Shown: positions 27,347 to 36,696 of the stretch, piece after piece | How the letters are laid out: every line of letters begins with the position of its first letter | Numbering within the stretch: the first letter of the stretch is position 1 | Origin: Acidimicrobiia bacterium | GTDB taxonomy: Bacteria; Actinomycetota; Acidimicrobiia; IMCC26256; JACDBD01 | Direction: 5' to 3' | Assembly (NCBI GenBank): GCA_035316025.1 | Contig: DATFXL010000126.1 | Span: 10,642-74,641 of the forward strand | DNA length: 64,000 bases | Notes under the pieces: model-generated | The model's input: only the letters and a program-made list of their open reading frames with translations | Database searches by the model: none | Told to the model about the DNA's origin: nothing | Position numbers and translations under genes: made by a program

Positions 27347-27991
27347 CTAGAGAAGCAACGGGGCCTTGCTGCCGTCCTTGGCCGCGGCGAGCTCGCGGCG
27401 GTGCTCGGCGATCTGCTCGACGGCGAGTATCGCCACCCGGTGCTCGGCCGCGAACAGCTCGAGGAACGGGAGGCGGGCGGGGGAGCCGTCGTCCTGGAGG
27501 ACCTCGCAGATCACGGCCACCGGCGGGAGCCCGGCGAGGCGGGCGAGGTCGACGGCAGCTTCGGTGTGGCCGCGCCGCTCGAGCACGCCGCCGGGCCGGG
27601 CGCGCAGCGGGAACACGTGCCCCGGGCGCACGAAGTCGCCGGCCCGGCTGCCGCCGTCGAGCACCTTGCGAATCGTCGTGGCGCGGTCCTCGACGCCGAT
27701 GCCGCTCCCGGCGCTGGCGTGGTCGATCGACACACAGAACGCGGTGTCGCACGTCGCCCGCCCCGCAGGGAGCATCGGCTCGATGGCGAGCTCGTCGAGG
27801 CGGCCGGCGTCGCATGGCATGCAGACGAGCCCGCGGGCCCAACGCAACATGAAGTTGACGGCCTCGCCGGTGACCCAGCTCGCCGCCATCGTCAGGTCGC
27901 CCTCGTTCTCCCGGTCTTCGTCGTCGACGACGAGGACCATCTCGCCCCGGCGGATCCGCCTCACCGCCTCGTCGATCGTGGACAGCTCCAC
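27347..27991 (-). CDS. ribB: 3,4-dihydroxy-2-butanone-4-phosphate synthase (monofunctional)
   Basis: 214 aa from GTG 27991, with SD gaggag upstream. VVDDEDRENEGDL, TAFCVSID, RPGHVFPL and RRGHTEAAVDLARLAGLPPVAVICEV motifs. No GTP cyclohydrolase II domain follows. Confidence 0.85.
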   Translation of the reverse strand: MELSTIDEAVRRIRRGEMVLVVDDEDRENEGDLTMAASWVTGEAVNFMLRWARGLVCMPCDAGRLDELAIEPMLPAGRATCDTAFCVSIDHASAGSGIGVEDRATTIRKVLDGGSRAGDFVRPGHVFPLRARPGGVLERRGHTEAAVDLARLAGLPPVAVICEVLQDDGSPARLPFLELFAAEHRVAILAVEQIAEHRRELAAAKDGSKAPLLL

Positions 27992-28002
27992 TGCTGCACT
28001 CC

Positions 28003-29070
28003 TCAGTTCGGGACTTGCTCGGGTTGGGCTGCCCCTCCGGGCAGCGTCACGACCATGCGGCAGCCGTGAGGGTCGCGCCGCTCGGGATGGATGTCGCCTC
28101 CGTGGAGCTCGACGATCCATTGCGCGATCGCCAGACCGAGCCCGGCGCCGCCGTCGCTCGACGCGCGCGCGGTGTCGGCTCGGTAGAAGCGCTCGAACAC
28201 GCGGCTCTCCTCGGCTTCGGCGATGCCGGGGCCCTCGTCCCACACCTCGATCGTCACCGCGGCGGGCGGTTGAGCCGCGTGGTCCGCGCCCGCGCCGTTC
28301 GACGCCCGCCGCGCCCGGACTTCGACGCGCCCGCCGGTCGGTGTGTATCGCACGGCGTTCTCGAGCAGGTTGGCGACGACCTGGTGCACGCGCTCCGGGT
28401 CGCCGTCGGCGGTCAGGCCCGGTGTCTCGACAACGACGGCGACGTCGACGCCCGGCGCGTGGAGCTGCTGCTCGCGCACGGCGTGCTCGAGGACCGGCTT
28501 CACGTCGAACTCGCTGCGATCGAGCGGGACCGTCCCGGACTCAAGCCGTGACAGGTCGAGCAGCTGGGTGACCAGACGGCCGAGCCGCTCGACTTGGGCG
28601 AGCATGGTCCGGAAGGTCTGTGGATCGGGTTCCTCGACGCCGTCGACGAGGTTCTCGAGGACCGCCTGCAGCGCGGCGATCGGCGTCCGCAGCTCGTGCG
28701 ACACGTTCGCGACCAGGTCGCGGCGCACCCTGTCCGTCTCGGCCAGCTCGGCCGCCATCTTGTTGAACGCCCGGGCCAGCTCGCCGACCTCGTCGCGAGA
28801 GGTGGCGCTCACCCGGATGTCGTAGTTGCCCTTCGCCATGCCCCGAGCGGCATCGGACATCTCGCGCAGGGGTGAGGTCATCCCCCGAGCGAGGAACCGC
28901 ACCATGACCAGGGCCAGCGAACCGGCAACGATGCCGCTGACCGACGGCCACACACCCGCCTTCAGGCAGAGCCAGAAGACGAACACGGTTACGGCCACGG
29001 CCGAGAAGATGACCGCACCGAGCTTGATCTTGAGCGACGGGACGGTGTCGAGCGGACGACGCGGCGTCAC
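28003..29070 (-). CDS. sensor histidine kinase (2 TM, HAMP, HisKA, HATPase_c)
   Basis: 355 aa. H-box SHELRTPIAAL, N box NLLENAVRYTP, G boxes WDEGPGI and GGAGLGLAIA. Confidence 0.85.
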   Translation of the reverse strand: MTPRRPLDTVPSLKIKLGAVIFSAVAVTVFVFWLCLKAGVWPSVSGIVAGSLALVMVRFLARGMTSPLREMSDAARGMAKGNYDIRVSATSRDEVGELARAFNKMAAELAETDRVRRDLVANVSHELRTPIAALQAVLENLVDGVEEPDPQTFRTMLAQVERLGRLVTQLLDLSRLESGTVPLDRSEFDVKPVLEHAVREQQLHAPGVDVAVVVETPGLTADGDPERVHQVVANLLENAVRYTPTGGRVEVRARRASNGAGADHAAQPPAAVTIEVWDEGPGIAEAEESRVFERFYRADTARASSDGGAGLGLAIAQWIVELHGGDIHPERRDPHGCRMVVTLPGGAAQPEQVPN

Positions 29071-29813
29071 GATGGGTCTCCCGCGCCCCTCGATGCGGCA
29101 CTGAGAGCGGCGTCGTCGGCCGCGTATCCCACTCCGTGCACGGTGCGGATGATGTCGGGGCCGAGCTTGCGGCGCACGGCGCGGACGTGCGAGTCCACAG
29201 TGCGCGCGCCCGAACCGTCGTGATAGCCCCAGACGTGCACCAGCAGCTGCTCGCGCGTGAACACCTGCCCCGGGTGGGAGGCGAGGTGCGCAAGCAGATC
29301 GAACTCGGTAGGGGTCAGGTGCACGGTGTCGTCACCGCGGCGGACCCGGCGCGTCGCAAGGTCGAGCTCGGCGCCACCGACGGACAGAGTCTCGCCGGCG
29401 TTCGTCGCTGTGGTTGCGGCGCGCTCGACGCGTCGCAACAGCGCGTGCACGCGCGCAACGAGCTCTCGGGGGCTGAACGGCTTCGTGAGGTAGTCGTCGG
29501 CGCCGACGGCGAGCCCGACGACCATGTCGGTCTCAGAGTCGCGCGCCGTCAGCATGAGCACTGGTACCGGACGCTCGTGCTGGATGCGGCGGCACACCTC
29601 GAGCCCGTCGAGCCCCGGCAGCATCAGGTCGAGGACGACGAGGTCGGGACGCACGCGCTCGCAGACCTCGACGCCATCGGGGCCGTCGGTCGCGATCTCG
29701 ACCGCGAAGCCCTCGCTGCGCAACCGCGCTGCGACCGCGGCCGCGATCGACGCCTCGTCCTCGATGACGACGATCGTGCGGGCGGGCGAGTCGGCCGCAG
29801 GAGCCGGGGACAT
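29067..29813 (-). CDS. OmpR-family response regulator
   Basis: 248 aa. Receiver domain (VVLDLMLPGLDG) plus winged helix (LTPTEFDLLAHLASHPGQVFTREQLL). ATGA overlap with the kinase gene. Confidence 0.9.
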   Translation of the reverse strand: MSPAPAADSPARTIVVIEDEASIAAAVAARLRSEGFAVEIATDGPDGVEVCERVRPDLVVLDLMLPGLDGLEVCRRIQHERPVPVLMLTARDSETDMVVGLAVGADDYLTKPFSPRELVARVHALLRRVERAATTATNAGETLSVGGAELDLATRRVRRGDDTVHLTPTEFDLLAHLASHPGQVFTREQLLVHVWGYHDGSGARTVDSHVRAVRRKLGPDIIRTVHGVGYAADDAALSAASRGAGDPS

Positions 29814-29906
29814 CGCACGCCAGGATAAGGAACCCGTTTCGCGGAGTCTTGCCGGAGCTGTGGAGATTGTGTGCAGATGCCGAGCCCCATGGTCGGCCGG
29901 TGGTGT

Positions 29907-30857
29907 TCAGGGCGGCAGGGGCACGACGACGTCGGGGTCGACGGCGAGGCGGACGGGATCGCCGACGGCAGGGATGGCGTCGCCGGCCACGGCGACCTCG
30001 AGGGCCGGGCCGTCGGCGATCTTCACCTCGAGCAGGAAGTGGTCGCGTCGGAACGTGCGGGCGGTGACGACACCCGCGATCGGCCCTTCCGGCTCGACAC
30101 GCAGGCTGTCGGGGCGCACCGCGACGCGCCCGGCGCTGATCGCTTCGGTGACGTTGTAGCCGAGGAAGCGGGCGACGAACTCGTTAGCCGGGTGCTCCCA
30201 CACGTCGACCGGCGAACCCAGCTGCTCGATGCGGCCCTTGTGCATCACGGCGACGCGATCAGCGAGCGCGAACGCCTCGTCGTGGTCGTGGGTGACGTAC
30301 AGCGACGTGAGCCCGAGGCGCGTGAACAGCTCGCGCAACTCGACCATCAATCGTTCCCGCAGGGCGCGGTCCAGCGAGCCCAGCGGCTCGTCGAGCATCA
30401 ACAATCGGGGCGCGGGCGCGAGTGCCTGAGCGAGCGCGACCCGCTGTTGCTCGCCCCCTGACAGCTCGGTGACGCGACGGTGCTCGTACCCACCGAGCCC
30501 GACGAGCGCGAGCAGCTCACGGGCCCGGGCGGAGGCCCGGTCCGCGGGCTCGCGACGCATCCGCAGTCCGAACACGACGTTGGCGAGCACGTCACGGTGC
30601 GGGAACAACGTGTGGTCCTGGAACATCAGGCCCAGGTGGCGACGGTGCGGCGGCACCGTGGTCAGATCGTGACCGTCCCACTCGATGCGGCCGTGCGCGG
30701 GCGGCTCCAGCCCGGCGACGGCGCGCAGCAGTGTGCTCTTGCCGCTCCCGCTCGGGCCGAGGACCGAGACGACCTCACCGTCGCCGACGACGAGGTCGAC
30801 GCCGTCGACCGCCAGTGCGTCGCCGTACCGCACCTCGAGCGCCGAGACGCGCAGCAT
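29907..30857 (-). CDS. thiQ: ABC importer ATP-binding protein (thiamine/Fe3+ type)
   Basis: 316 aa. Walker A GPSGSGKST, signature LSGGEQQRVALA, Walker B LLMLDEP. Last gene of the riboswitch-led operon. Confidence 0.8.
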   Translation of the reverse strand: MLRVSALEVRYGDALAVDGVDLVVGDGEVVSVLGPSGSGKSTLLRAVAGLEPPAHGRIEWDGHDLTTVPPHRRHLGLMFQDHTLFPHRDVLANVVFGLRMRREPADRASARARELLALVGLGGYEHRRVTELSGGEQQRVALAQALAPAPRLLMLDEPLGSLDRALRERLMVELRELFTRLGLTSLYVTHDHDEAFALADRVAVMHKGRIEQLGSPVDVWEHPANEFVARFLGYNVTEAISAGRVAVRPDSLRVEPEGPIAGVVTARTFRRDHFLLEVKIADGPALEVAVAGDAIPAVGDPVRLAVDPDVVVPLPP

Positions 30858-30860
30858 CGG

Positions 30861-32537
30861 TCAGAACTCCCCGATGCCCGCGAACCGGAAACGCTCGATG
30901 GCGAAGATCGCGAACGCGGTCACCGTCATGAGGATGACGCTCGCGGCCATCGCGGCGCCGAAGTTCAGCGGGCCCGGTTGGCCGAGGAGGCGGAAGATGA
31001 CGACGGGCAGCGTCGGGTAGTCGGGACGGGCGATGAAGATCGTCGCCCCGAACTCGCCGAGCGAGATGGCGAACGCGAAGCCGGCGGCGACGAGCATCGC
31101 ACGCGCCACGATGGGCAGGTCGATCTCGCGCCACACCCGCCCCGGTGACGCGCCCAGCACCGCCGCGGTGTCGCGCAGGCGCTGGTCTATGGACCGGAGC
31201 ACCGGGATCAGGACCCGCGCCACGAACGGCGCCGCCACGAGCGCGTGCGCGATGGGGATGAGCACCGGCGACGCGCGCAGGTCGAACGGCGGCTTGTCCA
31301 GCGTGATGAGGAAGCCGAAGCCGATCGTCACCGCCGACACGCCGAGAGGCAGGAGCAGCAACGTGTCGAGCCTTGCCAACCGCGTCGAGCGGCCGCGACC
31401 CGCGATCGCGAAGGCGGCCAACCCGCCGACGACGAGCGCGATGGCCGTCGCAGCGGCGGCGAACACCAGCGAGTTGCGTACGGCTTCGACCGGCGGCACG
31501 AACAACGTGCTGGTCTGCCGGAGCTCGGACAGCGCGCGGTAGAACCCGAAGCTGTAGCCGCCGGCGGTGTCGAACGAGCGCACAACGAGGACGGCGATGG
31601 GGCCACCGAGAAGCACGGCCATCACGGCGAGGTTGAGCCCGACCACGGCGCGCTCTCCGCCGGTGCGCGGCCGCCGAGAGGTCTCTGCAACGGCCCGCAG
31701 GCGCAGCGCCTCAGCCCGCCGTCCCTGTGCGCGTCCCGCGACGAGCAGCACGACCACGACCGCGACCATCTGCACGATCGACAGCGCCGCCGCCTGCGGC
31801 AGGTCGAGGAACTGCACGGTCTGCCGGTAGATCTCGGTCTCGAGCGTCGAGTAGCTCGGCCCGCCGAGGATCAGGATCACGCCGAAGGACGTGAAGTCGA
31901 ACAGGAACACGATCGCGGCCGCGGCCGCGATCGCCGGGCGCAATGACGGGAGGGTGACCGAGCGGAAGGTCTGCCACCGGCCGGCGCCGAGCACCCGAGC
32001 GGCGTCCTCCTGGCGGGGGTCGAGGTGCGCCCACAAGCCGCCCACGATGAGCACGACCACTGCGTAGTTGAAGAAGACGTGGGCCACGAGGATGGCGGCT
32101 ACCGACTGATCGAGGCCGAGGAACCCGAGTGGACCACCCTCGCCGAGCAGCGCGAGGAACGCCGAGCCGACCACGACCGTCGGCAGGACGAACGGCACGA
32201 GCACGGCCGCCCGCAGGAGGCGTTTCCCGCGGAAATCGAACCGTGCGAACACGTACGCGCCGGGCAGTGCCACGAGCACCGTGAGCGCGGTCGACACCGT
32301 CGCCTGCCAGATCGTGAACCATGCGACGCCCCGGAACCGGGCGTCCGTGACGACGTCGGCCAGTGGGCTGAGGTCGAGCGATCCGCCCGGCGTGAGCCCG
32401 CGCCCGACGATCGAAGCCACCGGGTACACGAAGAACACGCCGAGGAACGCGATCGGCACCGCGAGCATGAGTCCGCGGACGAGGCGGCCGCGGTCGATGC
32501 GCATCCGTACCAACCCATTGTTGGTGGAGGTACGCAT
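30861..32537 (-). CDS. thiP: ABC importer permease with duplicated permease domains (thiamine/Fe3+ type)
   Basis: 558 aa, about 12 TM helices, two BPD_transp_1-like halves. Confidence 0.8.
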   Translation of the reverse strand: MRTSTNNGLVRMRIDRGRLVRGLMLAVPIAFLGVFFVYPVASIVGRGLTPGGSLDLSPLADVVTDARFRGVAWFTIWQATVSTALTVLVALPGAYVFARFDFRGKRLLRAAVLVPFVLPTVVVGSAFLALLGEGGPLGFLGLDQSVAAILVAHVFFNYAVVVLIVGGLWAHLDPRQEDAARVLGAGRWQTFRSVTLPSLRPAIAAAAAIVFLFDFTSFGVILILGGPSYSTLETEIYRQTVQFLDLPQAAALSIVQMVAVVVVLLVAGRAQGRRAEALRLRAVAETSRRPRTGGERAVVGLNLAVMAVLLGGPIAVLVVRSFDTAGGYSFGFYRALSELRQTSTLFVPPVEAVRNSLVFAAAATAIALVVGGLAAFAIAGRGRSTRLARLDTLLLLPLGVSAVTIGFGFLITLDKPPFDLRASPVLIPIAHALVAAPFVARVLIPVLRSIDQRLRDTAAVLGASPGRVWREIDLPIVARAMLVAAGFAFAISLGEFGATIFIARPDYPTLPVVIFRLLGQPGPLNFGAAMAASVILMTVTAFAIFAIERFRFAGIGEF

Positions 32538-32550
32538 CAGCGGTCCTCGA

Positions 32551-33621
32551 TCATCGGAGCACGGTGTTCGTCCACTGGTCGATCCACTGGTCGCGGTTCT
32601 TGGCGATCTCCTGTTGGGACAGCGAGAACGGGTGAGGCGCGACCTTGGCGTACTTTACGAACACGCTCGGCAGCTTCGTGCCGTCGCGGGCGGGGAACAC
32701 GTACATCTGGAGTGGCATGTCCTGCTGGAACTGGTCCGACAGCATGAAGTTGATGAACTGCTTCGCCGCCTTCTCGTGCGTCGTGCCCTTCAGGATCCCG
32801 GCGAACTCGATCTGGCGGAAGCAGGTGTCGAGCAGCGCGCCCGTCGGCGGCTCCTCCGGCTGCGGATTCGCGTTCACGACCTCCGCCGGCGGGCTGGTCG
32901 CGTACGACACCACGAGGGGGTAGTCACCTTTCCCGGCGCTGCCCGAGAACTCGGTGTTGTACGCCTGCTCCCAGCCGTCGACGACTTTGACGCCGTTGTC
33001 CCGCAGTTTCTCCCAGTAGCCGCGCCAACCGTCGGGCCCGAACTTGCTGACCGTACTGAGGAGGAAGGCGAGACCCGGCGACGACGTGGCCGGGTTCTCG
33101 ACGACGAGCAGGCCCTTGTACTCCGGCTTCGCGAGATCGTCGAGCGTTTGCGGGACGGTCAAGTTCCTGTCGGTGAAGTACTTGCGGTCGAAGTTGACGC
33201 ACACGTCGCCGGTGTCGATCGGCGTGACACGGTTCTTGGGATCGAGCTGGAGATCCTTCGAGATGTTCGCCAGCTCCGGCGACTTGTACGGCACGAAGAT
33301 GCCGGCGTCGAGCCCCCGACTCAGGAGCGTGTTGTCGATGCCGAAGAAGACGTCGCCGAGCGGGTTGCTCTTGGTGAGGATCGCCTGGTTGACGGCTGCG
33401 CCGGCGTCTCCCGACGGCAGAACTTTGACGGTGACCCCCGTTTTCTTCGTGAACGCTCGCATGACCTTCTTCGAGGCCGCGAACGAATCGTGCGACATCA
33501 GGGTGATCGTCGTGTTGCCGGAGCGGCGCGGCGCCGACGCCGACGCCGCGACCGGCCCGGCGACGATCGCCGCCACCACGAGCAGCGAGAGGGTGAGGAC
33601 GAGTGCGTGGGATCGGCGCAT
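32551..33621 (-). CDS. thiB: ABC importer substrate-binding protein (thiamine type)
   Basis: 356 aa from ATG 33621, with signal peptide MRRSHALVLTLSLLVVAAIVAGPVAASASA. The upstream part of ORF 32551..33816 overlaps thiN. Confidence 0.75.
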   Translation of the reverse strand: MRRSHALVLTLSLLVVAAIVAGPVAASASAPRRSGNTTITLMSHDSFAASKKVMRAFTKKTGVTVKVLPSGDAGAAVNQAILTKSNPLGDVFFGIDNTLLSRGLDAGIFVPYKSPELANISKDLQLDPKNRVTPIDTGDVCVNFDRKYFTDRNLTVPQTLDDLAKPEYKGLLVVENPATSSPGLAFLLSTVSKFGPDGWRGYWEKLRDNGVKVVDGWEQAYNTEFSGSAGKGDYPLVVSYATSPPAEVVNANPQPEEPPTGALLDTCFRQIEFAGILKGTTHEKAAKQFINFMLSDQFQQDMPLQMYVFPARDGTKLPSVFVKYAKVAPHPFSLSQQEIAKNRDQWIDQWTNTVLR

Positions 33622-33623
33622 GG

Positions 33624-34283
33624 TCAGGTTCCTCCGAAGTCTGGTTGCAGGGCCAGCAGCGTGCCGTGCTCGATCGAGACGGTGACGACGGGGTCGACGA
33701 GCTCGTTGCTCAGCCCGCGGGTGGAACCGGGCAGGAGGTCCTCGCCGTCGAGCGGGTACCGCAAGCCCGACGTTCGCACCCTGCGCGCCGGACCGCCGAC
33801 CGCGAACAGCGAGCACACGTCACCGGGCGTGCCCGTCAGACGGGCGAGGTACCGGATCACGGTGATGCGGGTGCGGCCGACGATCGCTTCGACCTCGATG
33901 TCGGCGAACGACGGGGACGCCAGGAGCAGCGTGTTGGCGAGGAGATGGTCGAGACGCCCGCCGGCACCGCCCACGACGACCAGGTGAGACGCCCCGCGCT
34001 CGAGAGCCGCGTGCATCGCGAGCTCGAGGTCGCTCGCGTCCTTGGCTTCCGGGTAGCGACGAACCTTGGCCCCGTCTGCGACCGCCGCCTCGACGGCCGC
34101 CGGATCGGCCGAATCGAAGTCGCCGACCACGAGGTCGACCCGGCATCCGAGCGCGAGCGCGTGCTCCACGCCCGAGTCGGCCGCTACGACCGTCACCGCG
34201 CCGGTCGGAACGCGAGCCGCGACATCCTCGTCGACGGGATCGCCGCCCGCGAACACCAGCGCCACCGCGCGGGACGCGTCCAC
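33624..34283 (-). CDS. thiN: thiamine pyrophosphokinase
   Basis: 219 aa with a GTG start. VVGDFDS and KDASDLELA motifs. First gene after the TPP riboswitch; 2-nt gap to thiB. Confidence 0.8.
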   Translation of the reverse strand: MDASRAVALVFAGGDPVDEDVAARVPTGAVTVVAADSGVEHALALGCRVDLVVGDFDSADPAAVEAAVADGAKVRRYPEAKDASDLELAMHAALERGASHLVVVGGAGGRLDHLLANTLLLASPSFADIEVEAIVGRTRITVIRYLARLTGTPGDVCSLFAVGGPARRVRTSGLRYPLDGEDLLPGSTRGLSNELVDPVVTVSIEHGTLLALQPDFGGT

Positions 34284-34287
34284 GATC

Positions 34288-34398
34288 TCCCTGACTCCCT
34301 TCGCCGGAATTACCCGGTGCAGGTTCCACGGGTCGGTGACGCGCCGATCGGCCCGGTCACCCTCTCAGCCCGGCTGTCCCGAGCTCCCCACGGGTCAG
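34288..34398 (-). promoter_or_regulatory. TPP (THI-box) riboswitch
   Basis: Minus strand reads cgtGGGGAGCtcgggacagccggGCTGAGAgggtgaccgggccgatcggcgcgtcaccgACCCgtgGAACCTGcaCCGGGTAATTCCGGCGAAGGGAgtcagggagatcGTG. It has the conserved CUGAGA, ACCC..GAACCUG and GGUAAU.CC.GCG.AGGGA blocks. The 3' end abuts the SD and GTG of thiN. Confidence 0.85.
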
Positions 34399-34442
34399 CC
34401 CGATGGTAGCGCTCCGGTCTCGACTCGGGCCGCTCGCGTTTC

Positions 34443-35480
34443 GTGTGCAAGGGTGCCGGAGTGCCCCCGTCCGCCAACCGCGTCGCGCTGCTCTGTGCGC
34501 TCGCACTGTTCGTCGCCGCGTGCGGCAGCGGCGGGGGCGATGGCAGCGCCTCGAAGCGCGCTCCTGCGACGACCGCGTCGACGACCACGCCGTCGTCGAC
34601 GCCCACGACGACGGGCGCCGGCGCGCTCAGGGTCGCTCCGGCGCCGTGGAAGCTGCCGGCGCCGTCGTCACGAGAGGTGGCGCTCACCGACGGGAAGGGC
34701 CTCGTCGTGTTGGGCGGCCTCGACGCGTCGCGACAGACGACCGGCCGCGTCGTCCGCGTCGATCCGTCGAGCGGCGGATCGCAGGCGCTGGGCTCCCTCG
34801 CGCAACCTGTGCACGACGCCGCCGGTGCCTTCGTGAACGGGTCGTACCTCGTGATCGCGGGTGGTGCCGGTGAGGAAGGAAGCGCATCGGTGCAGTCGTT
34901 CGAGGCGGGCTCGGGCGGCAAGGCCGTCGGGAGCGTCCCCGGCCCGCTCTCCGACCACGTCTCGGCGACGGTCGAGGGGAAGGTGTACGTCGTGGGCGGG
35001 TTCGACGGGCATCAGATATCGGCGAACGTGCTCGTCAGCGACGACGGCGCGCACTATCGCACCTTCGGCGCGCTGGCGGAGCCCGTGCGTTACCCGGCCG
35101 CAGCCGCCGCCGACGGAGCCATCTACGTATTCGGAGGCGTGGCCAATGTCGGAGGCGGCGACACCCGCTCCATCCAGAAGATCGACACCGGGACGGGGCG
35201 GGTGACCGTCGTCGGTCAGCTCCCGGCCCCGCTGTCGCACGCGAGCGCGGTGGAGATCGCGGGACAGGTGTACGTCCTCGGCGGATTCGTCGACAACCAG
35301 GTCACGGGGCAGGTGCTCCGCTTCGACCCTCGCGGTGGGACCGTCTCGGCGGCGGGCACGCTTCCCGCACCCGTCACCGACGCCGCGGTGACGACGATCG
35401 GGGGTACCGCGTATCTCGTCGGCGGCCAGGGCACCGACCGCGCGCCGGTCGCCACCGTCGTCGAGCTGACCACCGGCTGA
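34443..35480 (+). CDS. Kelch-repeat lipoprotein
   Basis: 345 aa (GTG 34443; GTG 34461 is an alternative). Lipobox LFVAACG, a Thr/Pro linker, and repeated YVVGGFDG / IYVFGGV / VYVLGGF / AYLVGGQ blades. Confidence 0.7.
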   Translation: MCKGAGVPPSANRVALLCALALFVAACGSGGGDGSASKRAPATTASTTTPSSTPTTTGAGALRVAPAPWKLPAPSSREVALTDGKGLVVLGGLDASRQTTGRVVRVDPSSGGSQALGSLAQPVHDAAGAFVNGSYLVIAGGAGEEGSASVQSFEAGSGGKAVGSVPGPLSDHVSATVEGKVYVVGGFDGHQISANVLVSDDGAHYRTFGALAEPVRYPAAAAADGAIYVFGGVANVGGGDTRSIQKIDTGTGRVTVVGQLPAPLSHASAVEIAGQVYVLGGFVDNQVTGQVLRFDPRGGTVSAAGTLPAPVTDAAVTTIGGTAYLVGGQGTDRAPVATVVELTTG

Positions 35481-35492
35481 GGCCGACCGGCG

Positions 35493-36680
35493 TCAGCGGT
35501 AGTTACCGGTGTGACCCATGCTGTAGCGGCCCGGTTGCGGGAAGATCGCGAGGCCGTGGGGACCGGCGCCGACGGGGATCGTCTTGATCAGCTGCCCGGT
35601 GGTCGTGTCGATCACGTACACCTCGGAGTTGTACCGGCCGCTGAGCCACAGCTGCTTCCCGTCGCTGCTGACGCCGCCCATGTCGGGGCTGCCGCCCGTG
35701 TGCCACGTGCCGTCGACCTTCTGCGTGGCGAAGTCGATGACCGTCACCGATCCGGCACCGCGGTTGGTCACGTAGAGCTTCGTGCCGTCACGGCTGGGGT
35801 ACAGGCCGTGTGCTCCCTTGCCCGTGTCGATGAAGCCGAGCTCCCGCATGTTGGCCCAGTCGACGACCGTGACTCCGTCCTTGGTCTCGTTGGCGTTGAA
35901 CATCACACTGCCGTCCGGAGAGAGCTTCACGTCGACGGGCTTGCCACCCACGTTGAGCTCGCCGGTGATCTCCATGCGGTCGAGGTCGATGCGTACCAGG
36001 TACCCCGAGAACTCGCAGCTTGCCACCATCGTCTTGCCGTCGGCACTGAACTCGGCGTGATTGACGCCCGCGTGCGGAATCGGCACCTTCTTGATCAACG
36101 TCCAGGTCCTCGGGTCGTAGAAGTCGATGGCGTTGTTGCGCTCTGCCATCACGATCGCCTTCGTCCCATCGGGGGAGAAGTAGAGGTTGTAGGGGTCGTC
36201 GATGGGAATGTCGGCGCCGGGCTTGCCGCTCCGCGGATCGATCGGGGTGAGTGTGTTGCCGTTGTTGTTGTTCACGTACAGCGTCTGCATGTCCCAGGAC
36301 GGCACGACGTGTTGGGGAAGCTCCTTCACCGGGTACTGATCTACCACCGTCATCGAGTTGGGATCGATCACGCTGACAGTGTTCGACATCGAGTTCGGCA
36401 CGTACACGCGGGTGGGGATGTCCTGGACCGACGGGGCGAGTTGGTTCGCCTGCGTGTACTGGTAGACGTTGTCGGGCTTTGCATCTGTCGTAGCCGGTGC
36501 GGTGGCGGGAGTGGCCGTCGTCGCGGGGGTGCTCGGCGCGCGTTGCACGGTTCGGTCCTTCTCACCCGAGCAGGCGGACGCGACCAGACCGATGACGCCC
36601 AGGAGGGCGACGGCAACGAGAACGGTGGGCCGGGCGCGCACGAAGGGTGAGCTTCGCGCAGGGCCAGAACCGATACACAT
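35493..36680 (-). CDS. YVTN/YncE-like beta-propeller lipoprotein
   Basis: 395 aa. Lipobox LVASACSG. Repeated units of the type YVPNSMSNTVSVID, YVTNRGAGSVTVID and VYVIDTTTGQ. Confidence 0.75.
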   Translation of the reverse strand: MCIGSGPARSSPFVRARPTVLVAVALLGVIGLVASACSGEKDRTVQRAPSTPATTATPATAPATTDAKPDNVYQYTQANQLAPSVQDIPTRVYVPNSMSNTVSVIDPNSMTVVDQYPVKELPQHVVPSWDMQTLYVNNNNGNTLTPIDPRSGKPGADIPIDDPYNLYFSPDGTKAIVMAERNNAIDFYDPRTWTLIKKVPIPHAGVNHAEFSADGKTMVASCEFSGYLVRIDLDRMEITGELNVGGKPVDVKLSPDGSVMFNANETKDGVTVVDWANMRELGFIDTGKGAHGLYPSRDGTKLYVTNRGAGSVTVIDFATQKVDGTWHTGGSPDMGGVSSDGKQLWLSGRYNSEVYVIDTTTGQLIKTIPVGAGPHGLAIFPQPGRYSMGHTGNYR

Positions 36681-36696
36681 CGTGCGCCTCTGAGAC

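Noticed and set aside
29907-33621. ABC importer as an Fe3+ (FbpABC/AfuABC) system
   Set aside because: That architecture fits equally well. However, the operon is led by a TPP riboswitch and a thiamine pyrophosphokinase, so a thiamine assignment is preferred.
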